Notes under the pieces: model-generated
Told to the model about the DNA's origin: nothing
Seen by the model: only the letters and a program-made list of their open reading frames with translations
Databases searched by the model: none
Part shown: positions 1 through 13,034 of the stretch, one piece after another
Numbering within the stretch: position 1 is the first letter of the stretch
Layout: every line of letters starts with the position of its first letter
Assembly (NCBI GenBank): GCA_010909165.1
Contig: MU008181.1
Span: 682,001 to 746,000, forward strand
Direction: 5' to 3'
DNA from: Anthoceros angustus
Taxonomy: Eukaryota; Plantae; Anthocerotophyta
Length of the DNA stretch: 64,000 nucleotides
Translations under genes and position numbers: made by a program

Positions 1-1153
1 CTCTATGTGCCCAGGCTAGTCTTACCAAAAACCTTTTGTTGATAAGCAAATTGGCCACTGTCAATTTGCTGCAATGTTCTCTTGATAGTGCTTTGCCGTT
101 GGGTGGATCTCAAGAGGTAGATCCCTGTGCTTACCAACATGTTGTAAGCAAATTAATTAATTCCCAATATTAGCCACAAACTCTACTTTCAATCCTCCCT
201 TTTAAGGTAGGCCCTTTTGCAGGGAAGGCCCTCTCATATCCCTGACCACGATATTCTTGGAACGATAGATAGCTTCAAGATAGGCGATCATCGCGAGGCT
301 AGTCTCCCTAGGCCTGGTGCCCTCCTATGGGGTGTTCCCCTTTGTCTCAGGGTAGATAGGATTTCCCATCTCTTTTTCTTCAATAAAGTCTCCAAGGTTT
401 TCTTCCAATCCTCCCATCGGATAAATATGCTGCGAACAAGCGCCCTTCATCATTAAAGACGTTTCGGGGATTCTTTAAGGCCATTTCTTACCACATTGCA
501 TTTCGATCTTGGAGACCTAAATATAAATATGGACAAGAGCTCACTGGGAATATGGGCAATGAAACACAAATTTGCTCCAGAATGGATCAGCCAGCCAGGC
601 ACCTCTGCGGAATCTTGAGAGGAGGATCGACAAAGTCTCAAGTCGGTCGGTGGACTTAGTAGACTTCTTTGCCATTTCAGTTCCGTGATCATCCGAAGCA
701 CACGCGCATGTACAGAATTAGACATGCACACGACTTTTGAATTGCGAGGGCATGGTTCACGAAGACCATGGGAATCACAGGTGCCATTTTTTTTCTCTGT
801 TACTGATCAAGTTTCATCATTCCAGTTAGGCTTCTCGGAGAAGAGTACTTCACTAACTTCTGATAAAATGCCGGAACACACTTCCGCTGGATCTTTGACT
901 GCCGGAGAGATCCTAGCACTTTTCTTGGACCTGCGTGGCACGTAGATACATGATATCAGAAGTTAAAAAGGGGAAATTTCTTGCATGAAGCAGATCGATG
1001 GGCACTCATGCAGCTTAAGATAAGACAAACAAAATTAACCAGCGTCTAACAATACTCAGAGTGAGACGTGGAACGTACAAGCTTGAACTCTTTTCTGCAC
1101 AAGTGCGATGTCAGCAGGTCCCGATTGCGCTTGTAACTCAGCTTTGAGTGGCT

Positions 1154-4100
1154 CTATTGAGACGGTTGTCCCATTTGCCCAGTTGACAAAGGTCTCCTTC
1201 CACGCCCCGCACCTGTCATCAAGCTGTTTGCCCGATTTGCGTTCTGCACGTCTATGGCAGAGCTTGTCAAACCTGTGACAGAAGTCAATGCCTGGGAATT
1301 CAACTGGGGGCTTTGTGGCCCACCTACGAAAGACCCCAATACGCCCACATTGAGCGAAGAATTCAGTGGCTGAGAGCCTAAGTGCTGCTGTGAGCTTAGC
1401 TGCTGAGGATTTGAACCTGAGTTGATTCCAAATGTCTGCCCTGAAACACCTGCCATTGTTGGATTATTTTTTGGGGAGGCAATCCCTGTACCAGCCGTTC
1501 GTTGCACGGGAACAATACCCCCCCGCCCTAAGGACTGGCCCATCATAGGCACTCCTGCTGCGCCTTGCAGCTGACTGGGCCCAACTAAGGGTGACATGGT
1601 ATCCAGAGGAGTTCTCGGAGGTTGCACAGCTCCTACGTTTCCTGTGCGGGCCCTTTGGGAAGCCATGATGCGATTCTTCGCCGCTGCCGAAAGAGTTTGA
1701 GGATTTGGAACTGCTCCTGGACGCAGCTGCTGGGCCATCAAGTTCCCAACAGCATTTGGGCCAAGAGAGCTCATGCCCAAATTTGTGAGTCCAGACAAGC
1801 CCATGATTGACCCTGTCATAGGATTCATTGATGTCATGCCTGACATACCATTCATGCCACTCAGACCTACTAGATTTCCCATTCCAGCAGGTGCACCACC
1901 ACTCATGCTAGCCATCCCATTCATTGCACCCATTCCCATAGCACCAGAGAAGAGAGCATGTTTTCTCTGCTGCAGCATTTGCGCCTGTTGATGCTGTTGT
2001 TGCTGCTGCTGCTGATGTTTCTGCTGTTGTTGGTGTTGGTGTTGCTGATGTTGTTGTTGCTGCTGTAAAAACTGGTATTGCTGCAGGTGGGCAGCAGAAT
2101 GTCCAACTAAGGAACTATTCAGCTGCTGTTGATTGTGGGTCTGTCCAGCCATCTGGGCCGCCAACTGGTTTGCTGACATTGGAACTGGAGACCTTTGCAG
2201 CTGCTGCGGTTGCACTAGAGAGTGGTGCTGTTGTACCAGTTGAGAGGTCCCATCTAGCTGCAGCGGCTTTTGTACTGCAACTGCACTCCCACCCAAGTGG
2301 TTTCCAAGCAATTGTCGGTTTGCAGCGCCACCTGGAGGTGGCATGCGTGCAAATGAGCCAGGAGAGGATGGCTGCATGTTGCAACCCATCCCAGCCATCC
2401 CTGGTGTCGGTCTAGGAGAACTAACAGGCCCCGCAAAACTCCCCAAAGCTGTTGCACCAGCTGGCATTGGACGGGCATTAGATGCCACATTTCTGGGCGC
2501 CACGTAAATTTCATCCTCGACCAGTTCATATCCATCTTTTGTAACCTGCAAACGAAGGTAACAATCAAGTATAGCTGAGCTCATCCAACCATAACATATA
2601 TTGCACAGTATCAAGCAGCACTATCCAACATTTGTGACCAGATTCCTCGCTCAGCCTACCAGACTTGTGTACTGAGAGGCAATAAGATCTGCCTTATGTA
2701 GGGAATATACACCAAGGAAGACCTGCTTCGTAAACCCCTGCACATTATGCAGCATAGATCCAGTCTAAGATTAACATGAGCTCACCAAATGCAATCAGTG
2801 GCAGACAAACCGTCCCAACATGAAAGGAAAGAAATTCAAGAACATTGAACAATCATCCACATAGATAAGTCGTAAAATGACTTACTATAGTTGATGCTGC
2901 AGAGAAACCCTGGTGCTGGGCACTGAGATTCTGAGATTCTTCATCATGTTCATCCCCAAATTGGATTGATACCTCTACCATGAGATCTTTGCTTCGCCCA
3001 CTCATAAGTAACCTTATCCGAGAGTAATGGACAGATGGAGAATGACCTGCATCAAGCATTGCCATTAGCCAAACCCGTAGCAGCAAACAAAATATGAACA
3101 TCACAAGCATGTCAAGCGCAAAATCCGTTGCTGTAGTTTGAGCATTTACCTGGAAAGACAGATTCCATCCGCCGAAACACCATCATGCGGTTCTTTCTTG
3201 AATTTACTGAGCCACCAACTAAAGATGTGGCCATTCTCCGGGATCCAGGCAGTTCCTTGGGTTCATCAGGTGCATCTGCCAGAGCAACCAGCAATGAATG
3301 CCAAGATGGTATTGCATGGTTGATTGGAAACACCTCCTCCGCCTTTTTCTTCTTAGTATGCAGATTGTGGCTGGAAACATCACAAAGAATGGGTCCGCAA
3401 AGTTACAAACAAGATTGAGATGGACTAGCTAAAGGAATTGCTAGTAACTAATGACCAAAACTGCATTACCATCCACTGTACATTTCCACACACAACATAA
3501 AAATAGCTCCCATAAGTCTACAACAAATAAACTACAAGCAAGAGATCCAACAGACCAAGGCGTCCCATTCCTATCTATCCTGAACCTCTGAAGCTGTACA
3601 TCTTGGCTTGTGTAGACCCAACAAAAACATGCAAATCAAGCAGGGTAAGTGAGCAGACCTTCGAATAGCTGCGAGCAAGGCAAGAGTAGAAACACTACTC
3701 CTTGTCCACTGTCCAGAGGCAGACTGCTCCAGAGGCCCAGCTGCAGGAGAGGGACTACCAGGATTTTTTGGTGAGCCCACTGGAGATGCATTCCCTGAAT
3801 TTGATACAGAAGGTTTTGCACCAGAACCCATTCTTGCTCTGACAGCCTGTTGCATATTTGGAGAGTGAGATGCCTGCTCCAGGCTGCCCACCCCCAACAG
3901 ATTTGAGGAAGACGCATCCACAAATGGCTTCTCTGCAATCTGGCTGATACTACCAGATGAAGACACCTGTGGCCCCAGAATGGGGTTGGAATTAAGCATC
4001 AATGGAGAAGCTGCAGGATTCAAAGTCTGGGCGGGTGGTACGTGACCAACACCAGGCATTACAGCTCGTGCATCTGATTTCTGACCCCACTTCAACGCGC

Positions 4101-6305
4101 CTGGCTGGTGCCTTGTGTGATAATCATCAAAATTTGCACTATCCTCATTCATCAGCACAGTCTCTGACTTCACGTCTGATCTTTCAGGCTTCACGTCAAC
4201 CTGCTGTGAGGGAGATACAAACTGCTGCGACTGTCCAGCCTGCGACAGGGAACCTTTCATCACCTGCTGTTTCACTCTTTGATCTGCCTCTGCTTGTCGC
4301 TTCAGATTTTCAAGGTACTCCAATTGTGACACTGCTGCGTGCTGTTCCTCACCCTCACCAGTGTCTAGCTTCTCCGAGTACTCTTCCATTACTCCAGCAC
4401 AGTCTGTGGGTTCCTGCTTTGCATCCAGACACACCTTTAGATCTGACTGGTTACTTAGATATCCATCATGCATAGACACTTCCTCTTGCTTCACGTATTG
4501 TGAGTTTATAGTAGCAATTCTCTGAGGGACACCGGAATGAAGTTTCTCAGTTGTTAGCTGCTGGTAAGACTGATGCTTCTCATTCCCCTGTGGATCCTTG
4601 GAATGCTTCCCTTCAGCTTTTTGGTGCGCTTTGTTTGGCTGCTGCACCTTCTCGCCCTTCACTGGTTCATGCTTCATCCGCTTTGGTTCAGACCTTACCC
4701 CCAAAGCATCCCTGCTCTCTCTTTTACCCAGCAGAGATGCACTACGAACTAATCCATTGGTGTCAAGTCCAGCATCTCCAAGTGCTAATCCGCTGGTGTC
4801 AAGGCCCGAATTGCCTGCTGTCACAGGTGTAGAGGGGGTGCTCAAACTTGGTGAACCAGACAGTTGCCTAAGTGGCGTAGGAGGTACCATTGCACTATGC
4901 ATTCCTTCAGGAACAGAAATCCCTGTTTCCTGGAATGTCCTGTGCCCGGACACTCCAGCTTGTTCTTGGTCAGGAGCTGGTGGCCATCCAGCAGCTGGTG
5001 TAAAACCTGGGCCTTCGTTTCCAGGTCTTCCTTTACCTGTGCCCGCAGCAGGTTGAGTAGCATTCCATGATCCAGAACCCACATTTTCTGAACTCTTATT
5101 CTCCTGCCGAAGAGTAGCACTTAACCCTCTGCCTGTGTCCATGTCTGAATGTATTACTGACTTGGATCCAACATAATCAGCAGACTGCATGGCAAATTTT
5201 CTGGAAGCTGCTCGTAGACGTCTGCTTGCGACTGCAGCAAAATGAGTTCTGTACCGCCTAGTTGCTCGGCAGCCAGAGTTGAGTTTCCACTGGAGTGGTT
5301 CCCACCAACGAAATTTCGTTAGCATGCTCTCCACTAAATGCATCACTTTGCAGGACATCGACCATGAGGACACAAAGTTCTCGAACCTTATCATGGAAGG
5401 TAATGTGAGCCTCTTTTGCTACAGCAGGTGAAGGATGAAGATCGAGGGAAGGACGCACTGCCTTCAATATCCTTGACTCCAGTTCCTGCCAAGCGTAGCA
5501 GTTCATGAGCCAGCTGCCGTACATACACTATGAGAAGATGCAGTGGACAAGACATCCGGTAGCATCGCTTCCACATAAACAGTGAAAGTAGAAGGAGAAC
5601 CAACCAACATATCCGAATAAGACCAACTTCCATCTGCCATACTAGTGACGTCTTTCACGAGATTCTCCATTCCTGGCCGAAGAACAACTACTTCCAGTTT
5701 GGGAGCCCATCCTCTCATCCCGTTCGATCGCATAGTTTCCGAGTACTCACAATCCCTGTAGTCCCGTATCTGTACTCGAGAAAAAATCCACCAATTCTCA
5801 AGGCCAGGTTGTAAACAAAAACTCATCACAACAAATTGCAGGAGATATCCAAGGAGAGACAGGCAACCGCCAGCACCAACCTCGCACGCAACACAACCGT
5901 TGACAAAAGTACAAGGAATCTCATCCAGAAGATCCACAGGAAGCCAACCCCCGTCTATAGCCTGCACGAAACCAGGACGCTTAGCTTCGCCAACCATTGT
6001 CGACTGTTAGCACAGAAGCATCGAGGACAATTACCCTGAGAAAACCTTCGCTACTTCGGTCGTAAGGATACAGACAGTCCATCACCTCATCAGCCAGCGG
6101 AGGAGGCTGCCCCTTCTGACGTACAAAATAGAAATCAGTCAAGCGCATCCTCACAATCAAACACGGAGCTAGAAAGCTGCAGTATGGACTGAACAATTCT
6201 TCCGAAACCAGCAAACAAAATCCCCGGTACCTGCGCGGGTCTGTCTATTCCGAAACCGTCTACGAAAAGATTAAGCGCAAAACTGGCCTCCATGGCCACC
6301 CCCAT
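1154..6305 (-). CDS. PHL: PHYTOCHROME-DEPENDENT LATE-FLOWERING / SPT20-like SAGA subunit, multi-exon, Gln-rich C-terminus
   Basis: ATG at 6305 gives MGVAMEASFALNLFVDGF. Later exons read LYPYDRSSEGFL, AIDGGWLPVDLLDEIPCTFVNGCVACEV, LRPGMENLVKDVTSMADGSWSYSDML and ELESRILKAVRPSLDL, collinear with the plant PHL Spt20 domain. Large exons lie in ORFs 3571-5394 and 1154-2614 (polyQ, Met/Gly-rich). Confidence 0.9.
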
Positions 6306-6628
6306 CGTCCTGGAGGCTCCAAGGACTGCTCTCAGAGCAGGCCGTCACGGGGCCAAATGACCCAAGTCCCAACACTAATCAGCTGGCAAAGTTGTGAACA
6401 AAACAGCCTTAGCTAAGCTTAAAACTAGTCTAGCGGTTTCATGTCGTTACTCCTACTCCTACACTCCACTCCGCAAGAGAAGCACGCATCATACGATCAC
6501 ATTTGCGTATTCGGTGTGGAATCGGGAGCCGTGGAAGACACCTGGTCTTAGAAGAATAGTAAGTGTTATGTGAATTTCAGTTTAACTATGTATGCTCATG
6601 GTGTTTGGACAACGATAGCAGCGTGAGC

Positions 6629-7155
6629 ATGGCGGCCTTCGGTGGCAGCCGTGGGCTGCAGCCCATACCACCAGAGAAAGGTGTCTTTCCGCTCGATCAC
6701 CTGCAGGAGTGCAAGCCTGTGAGTGATCAGATGTTACGCTAAGTGTGTGCTGTCGTGGTGTGGGATTTGCTGGCCGCTGAGTATTGATCAAGGACATGGC
6801 ACCTTGTCCAGGTGATGACGGACTACATGGATTGCTTGAAGGAAAACAAGTATGATTCTGCCAGATGCAGAAATTTGTCCAAAAAATATCTGGAATGTCG
6901 AATGGCAAGGTGAGCCTGCTGCCAGGGTTGATTGTATGCTTGGCAACGCTGGCCTTGAGCACGGAGCTTGAATCTCCGCGTGATTGTTTAATTTGCTGCA
7001 GAGATTTGATGAGAAAGCAAGACCTGTCGGAGCTAGGGTTTAAGAAGGATGAGGAGGGCCGGGAGACCCAAGACGAAGGCCTCACCACCCAGCCTTCGCT
7101 GAACAAAGTTCGGCAAGGGTTTATCTCAGGCCTTCCCACCAAGCCTGCGACCTAG
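6629..7155 (+). CDS. COX19: Cytochrome c oxidase assembly protein COX19 (twin CX9C), 3 exons
   Basis: Exons 6629-6718, 6812-6909 and 7002-7155 with GT-AG introns give MAAFGGSRGLQPIPPEKGVFPLDHLQECKP-VMTDYMDCLKENKYDSARCRNLSKKYLECRMAR-DLMRKQDLSELGF. The PPEKGxFPLDH motif and twin CX9C are present. Confidence 0.93.
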
Positions 7156-7307
7156 GGCCAACGCCCCCGTAATATGTTATATTGTCCTGAACTACTAAGT
7201 GTAGAAACCAGCTCGCTTATATTGTGTACGAGCGGTTTCTCTTCTTCCTGAACGCTTTCCAGCTGTAGTTTTGTTGATCTCGCAAGCTGCTGTTGCCGCA
7301 CACAAAC

Positions 7308-8130
7308 ATGGCGGATGATGGAGATTTCAACGATTTCGATGGCGGGGACGTTGGTTACGAGGATGAACCGATGGAGCCGGAGGAGGAGGTGTGAATGCTT
7401 TCTTCCCAGTGGCACCTTGGAGGGCCGTAAAACTTGATGTTCGTGACTGCTTCTTCTGGTAAGACTCAACACCTGCTTTGCAGGATGCCGAGGAGGCGGC
7501 GGAGTCGGAAAACGGGGATGCACAGGATGCTTTTGCCAACAACATCGATGTCAGAGAGGAGGAGCCAGAGCCTGCGACTGATCAGCCAAGAAAGACCACC
7601 AAGTTCATGACGAAGTATGAGCGGGCACGGGTCCTGGGAACAAGGGCTTTGCAGATAAGGTTAGCAGCTCAGACGTGGGCCAGTCTCTCTCGGGTGCCTT
7701 GCAGTAATTGGCTGTGATTCTTGTGTTTGCGTGTCTCAACTTCTTGCTGCCTTTGTGACAGCATGAATGCACCGGTGATGGTCGAGCTGGAGGGAGAGAC
7801 GGATCCTTTGGAGGTGAGATAGTGTTTACTGTTTCGCTCCCCTAATCCAGGTGTCATGTCGGCTCTGCCCAGAACTAGGTGACCAGTTCGATGTTGTGTC
7901 CATTTCTAGATTGCCATGAAGGAGCTACGTGACCGCAAGATTCCTTTCACCATACGGCGGTACCTGCCTGACGGAAGGTAAGGAGAACTTCTAACCAAAA
8001 TGAGTGGTTAGGTTGTCGGTTTCTGCCTTACAAGTCCAGACCTCACTGGCGCTTTTGATGCAGTTACGAGGACTGGGGTGTGGATGAGCTTATCGTGGAG
8101 GACTCATGGAGGCGACAGGTTTCTAGCTAG
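7308..8130 (+). CDS. NRPB6: RNA polymerase common subunit RPB6, 5 exons
   Basis: Acidic N-terminus, then [62 protein letters not shown] and [15 protein letters not shown]; stop TAG at 8128-8130. Confidence 0.96.
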
Positions 8131-8480
8131 AAGACCTATGAGGAGTCCAGTCCCGAATTTTGCAACGTTTCTCAAGCACAGGCTTTCCCTTTGCCTGCGT
8201 CGGCACTCGTTGTCCTGCTTCAGCACTCTTTGTCCATAGGTACAGTCGGTCAGATCAGCTAATCTGGCTCTTCTTTACAGTGGGATTAACTTTTTTTTGG
8301 GGGATCCAAGGCTGTTATGGCTAGCCCCTGGCGGCAACTCGAAATTGTCTTTAGGTTTTGACAGCTGAATGTGGGATTGAGCGGCTAACTAAGCTTGGAG
8401 CAACATGCCACACGCTTGATCGATGTTGCGTCTGCTCATAGTGTCACCAGAAAGAGAGCTCGGCTGCTCGGAGTGCTTGC

Positions 8481-9207
8481 CTAGTAGTATGTCTGGAACT
8501 GCTGCTTTCTCTCCCTCCCGCCTGCTAGTTTGAGAGGGATTGGTTTTACATCATAGACCACAAGCTGCCCCCTGTATCGATTGGCTGGCTTGGCAGCCTT
8601 GGGAACCCCACGAGATCCATTGCTCTCCTCAAACGCCTTGATATCAGCAAGAAAAGCTTGTAGCTCGGGATCTTCGGGCCGAAATAACTTCTCGAGAAAG
8701 ATAAGGGACTCCGTCAGCCGGTCTCCCACACGCATATCTAGCTGCAAGGCTTTGGTGCTTGGCGGAAAGGAGGCAACGAGGAGTAGAGGTGGTTGGAGAG
8801 GAGGAGGAGGTTAACCAAGGGCCTGTCACGGGAAAGGGAACAAATGTTGTGCGACAGGATTGGTTGCCTCCGTTGCCGCTGCGCAGCAGCATGTTCCGCA
8901 GCATAACCTGGCTGGCTCGCTTCTCATGTTTGTGAAACTTTGGCATGCCCTCGTCGGGCAGCACCAGCGGCGGGATGGCATCCTCAGGCGGGATGACATC
9001 CTCAGGCAGCACCAGCGTTGCTCAGAATCCAGGCTCCACGGTCACGAAATCATCGTGGTCTGCGGATCCCAGCTCCACCTTCGCATTCAGGAACGCCACG
9101 TTGTAGACTGCCTCGAGGGCCAAGTCCGCGTCCTGGTGACCATTACGCTCGTCATCGCTCCCGGCTCGAAAAGGAAACTGTCCTGCATGTCGAGCCGGCG
9201 AGATCAT
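8481..9207 (-). pseudogene. Orphan protein-like ORF interrupted by one in-frame TGA, probably two exons
   Basis: ORFs 9022-9207 and 8644-9012 share a frame and are separated only by TGA at 9022-9024 (…VEPGF*ATLVLPEDV…). A putative intron joins them to the last exon LDMRVGDRLTESLIFLEKLF…FQTYY*. No family recognised. Confidence 0.4.
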
Positions 9208-9819
9208 TTAAACCTATGTCCGGACGGATGGTAGGAAAGCGGGAGGATGAAGAATACGCGCGACAGGATGAAGATGACCCGGGAGGATATTGAAGCGGCA
9301 GGAAGAAGGTGACGGGGAAAGAATTTTGAAGCGGCAGGATGAAGATGAGCAATGTGTCAGACCTTAGGAAAATTGCAAGCTTGCAACCATCGCTTAGATC
9401 ACTCAGTGCATTGCCGCAAGTCGGAGATTGTAGCAAGGTGAAGTTTCAAGGCAAGACAAGATATCGGGGCCATGAAGTCGCTCAGTTTTCGAGCTTCGGT
9501 GAGCTGATCTTTCGTATTCATGGCAGGCAGCGGTGAGGCCACTATCCCTTCAAGTATCTGCATGCACCAGCTGTAGATTTTATAGCTAGCTAGCTACCTG
9601 ACAGAGGCTCCAGGGTTCAATGAACTGCATTTCCGATGAGATCTGTACCAGGAGTGGACCCAGACCCGCCTAGCCATTCTTCTTCTTCTTTTTCTAGCAA
9701 TTGGGTGTTATGACTTGTCGTGATTTCTATGCAGTGCTTAGCCGCAGGAAATTGCTGCAAATAACGAAGGGTTTCTGGGACAAGACAGTTCGAACAGCTC
9801 ATTCGTCAGGGGCAGCTAG

Positions 9820-9985
9820 CTGGCAGACTTGTTTTCCTTTGGACGAGCAATCCATGTAGTCGGACTCGACCTCACCTGGACAAGGGCATGAAACCTACTT
9901 GATCATACTTGGGGCTGGCGCAGGCGGCGAGCAGATGCCATACAACAGATCCCATAGGGCACTAACATCTGACGGCTCCGCACAC
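9820..9985 (-). repeat. Inverted, diverged copy of the COX19 exon1-end/intron1/exon2 segment
   Basis: The reverse complement contains tcagatgtta, gtatgatcaag, ccttgtccaggtga, gactacatggattgct, aaggaaaacaagt and ctgccag. These occur in the same order as in 6727-6864. Confidence 0.8.
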
Positions 9986-10038
9986 TGCGGAGAAGAGGGC
10001 ATGATTTATAATAGGTGACCCCACAGGGCCATGGAGAT

Positions 10039-10146
10039 GGCAATGGATGGCGCATGTGTATTGATCCGTCTCAAGGAAGCTAGACTTTGGAAGGCAATGG
10101 ATGGCACGCCATCTGAGTATTGATCCGTCTCAAGGAAGTTAGACTG
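10039..10146. repeat. ~50-bp imperfect tandem duplication
   Basis: ggcaatggatggc…gtattgatccgtctcaaggaag(c/t)tagact occurs twice in tandem. Confidence 0.8.
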
Positions 10147-11650
10147 TGCAGTTCCAATGAACCCAAGTCTGAATGTCACTCCTTGAAGGGAGGATAGGCC
10201 TTTCATTATTGTCCATGTGAATGTGAGCAATTAGATCGTTGTAATGACTTTTACATCCTATTATAAACATGATATTTCCTACAATCTAAGCTCTAATCTA
10301 ATCTTGTTCCATCTCTATAGCAGGATTTTATTTTATTATTCATGATGTTGTACTGAGTATTGCTTTATTTTGTTATTCATGACAATATAATGAGCATTGC
10401 TACGCAGCTCATCTCGCATTAGTTCATATTGTTGTTAGGTTAAACAACTCTGCATAGGATTGACCATCTAGTTAACTAGTTGGCAAACAAAATTATATGT
10501 CATATGGATACTAATCATTGATATATCTATATATATACACACACACACACCTACATGAAACAAAAATTGAGTCTTATTCACTTAGTAACACAAGCATCTG
10601 GTTTAAACTTTGAGTCTTGATAACAACCCCTCCAGTCTTGATAACAACCCCTCTAGATAAATCAAGATGTTTTATGTATATCAAAATAAAATGTTTCTTA
10701 ATGGTTGATTGCTTCATGTGTTAGCAGCTTCTTGTTTGGAGTCTATAGTCTTTTGTTGGTGCTACTTCCATGCTATATGTTTCTTGTGATAATTTTCTTT
10801 GTATTTCATTGGGCCTTATTAGTGCCTTGTCTCTTGCACTAATCTGGGGCACACCTTTGCAAATTCAATTTACTTATAATTTCTTGTAATTAACCAAAAA
10901 TAATACATCATGGATGACTTGTTAGTTGTTGTAGTTGGAGGATTTAACGAAATAATTTAATACCTACTCACCTTGATCTCATTAAGTCTCATTACAAATC
11001 AAACCCAGTTTAGAAAAACCTCCCACTCATTTGAACTTAAAAAAAAAAAACATACCTAGACTTCACAAAATGGGAAAAAATGGCTTTCAAGCTAAACTAG
11101 CTTCATAATACTCAAGCCTGAAAATCAAGAAACAATTTAACTTGAGACCTTTTCTCTGCAAGAGAATGCATCTATGGGTTAGAGCACATAGATCCTCAAC
11201 ATACATCACTCCTCAAGAGCAACATAGAGTGGACTTATCCAAATCTTAGATTGTAAAACGTATAGTAGTAAAGTCAATCTATGAAGTAGATATGTTTATC
11301 CTTTTTAACCTTCATCTAAAAGGTCAATCTATGTACATGCTTCTTTAGTTTTCAACCTCCTCTTCTATAATGATAGGTCTTCTCTTTCCAATTAAGTTAA
11401 CTATCAAACCTTGACCAGTCAATTTTATATACTCGAGAACTGGAGGCTCTTTATGGTCTTGATAACAACAAGCTAGCTAATCTACAAGTATGCTCTAGTG
11501 AGGATACTACACATCATGATGACAAAAATATACACACATAACAGTAAATTGATTGAGATAAAGAAACTTCTATCATTGATGCTAAATGCATGTCTACATT
11601 AATGACGTGAATCTGCTACAAGATTATTTATGAAAATAAAACTATGAGGA

Positions 11651-12097
11651 CTAAGCACTTGTAAATTTTGTGACAGCTTTAGTTCCTTCGGATATGGCAT
11701 GCTTTGCAAGCTCTCCCGGAAGAGTGAGCCTTACAGCTGTTTGGATTTCACGAGAGGTTATGGTTGGCTTTTTGTTATACCGCGCTAACCGTGAAGCTTC
11801 CAATGCTAATTTATCAAAAGTGTCGCACATGAAACTATTAAGAATGTCCATAGCTCTACTGGAGATGCCCGTATTTGGATGCACTTGTTTGAGGACTTTG
11901 TAGATATAAATTTTATAAGTGTCTAAGCTTTTCTTTGACTTCCTTTTCTTTATGCCTTCGGTAGAGGGAGGTGGTCTCAATCTTTTCTTAATAGCCTTTC
12001 GATGCTCACTTCCCGTAGCATGAGGTTCAGGCGTTTTGTCTAAAGATGTCGTGACACCATGTTGTTCTACATCCTCGGCACCATCCAGAGCAGACAT
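11651..12097 (-). CDS. H2B: Divergent histone H2B, intronless
   Basis: Histone fold [88 protein letters not shown]. First true ATG is at 12097; the N-tail is atypical. Confidence 0.95.
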   Translation of the reverse strand: MSALDGAEDVEQHGVTTSLDKTPEPHATGSEHRKAIKKRLRPPPSTEGIKKRKSKKSLDTYKIYIYKVLKQVHPNTGISSRAMDILNSFMCDTFDKLALEASRLARYNKKPTITSREIQTAVRLTLPGELAKHAISEGTKAVTKFTSA

Positions 12098-13034
12098 ATT
12101 AAATCTCAAGTAGAAATATAAAATTCAAAATCTTGAACCCAAGAAATCATGGGAAAACATAAGTATCCTTTTGATGCGAACTTGACACTTCACTTCTTTA
12201 ACATCTCAAACATCAATGAGATCAATCTGTAGATAAGATGGGCATAATTGAGAGCACTAACAAGAATCCGCATAATATGGTTTACTTTTTTTTCTCAAAA
12301 CCGCATTACAGAAATGGATATATTTGTCCAAACCAAAAACTGATGGATGTCACATTCAACGCATTTGTCACATGAAATTGGAGAAGAGGGCAAAGTAGAT
12401 AAAAGCAAGATAGAAATAGGTCACGGTGTTCATGTCAAAGGTGAAAGCTCGCCGATGTGCTTAGCGCGCTAAATAAATAGATGGGAATACCAATATGCCT
12501 CACCACATGTTTGTCCGAGTAATATGAAATTTGTTTCCCTTTTTGTGGGGTAGACACGTAGCGCCTCTCCACACCACTCACTCCATTGCTTTGTTTGTAT
12601 GTGACACGGGTGGAGAGTTGGGTGCGAAACGCGAAACCGAAACCGGCGAGGGAGGAGAGAGAAAAGGCGGGGTTATAGGGTAATTCCCGCATTTACCAGA
12701 AATTTTAAATGGGTAGGGCCGTTTTGTGGTCGCCGACGTTCCTGGCCTTGTGTTTTGAAGGGGATGGGTGGATTGGGGACAGAGGGGCAGGATCGTTGGG
12801 TGGTGCGCCTCGCAGCCTTCCTTCCCTTCCCTCAGCTCCCTCCTGATAGCCAATGCGGAGCAGCGCGGACGGGCCGAGCTCGTGTTCCGCTTGCGCTCGC
12901 CTGTGAGAGCATCGGGTCGGGTCGGGCCGGGCCGGGTGGAGAGCAGTCGCGCCGGGTGCGGGATCGGAGGCAGGCGCGCATCCTCCCTGCACCCATCCCC
13001 CGCCTCGCCTCGGCCTTGGGGGTGGGATCGGAAG

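Noticed and set aside
217-945. Short ORFs, including WLIHSGANL as a possible copia protease motif
   Set aside because: Only one weak motif with no supporting gag, integrase or RT sequence; left unassigned.
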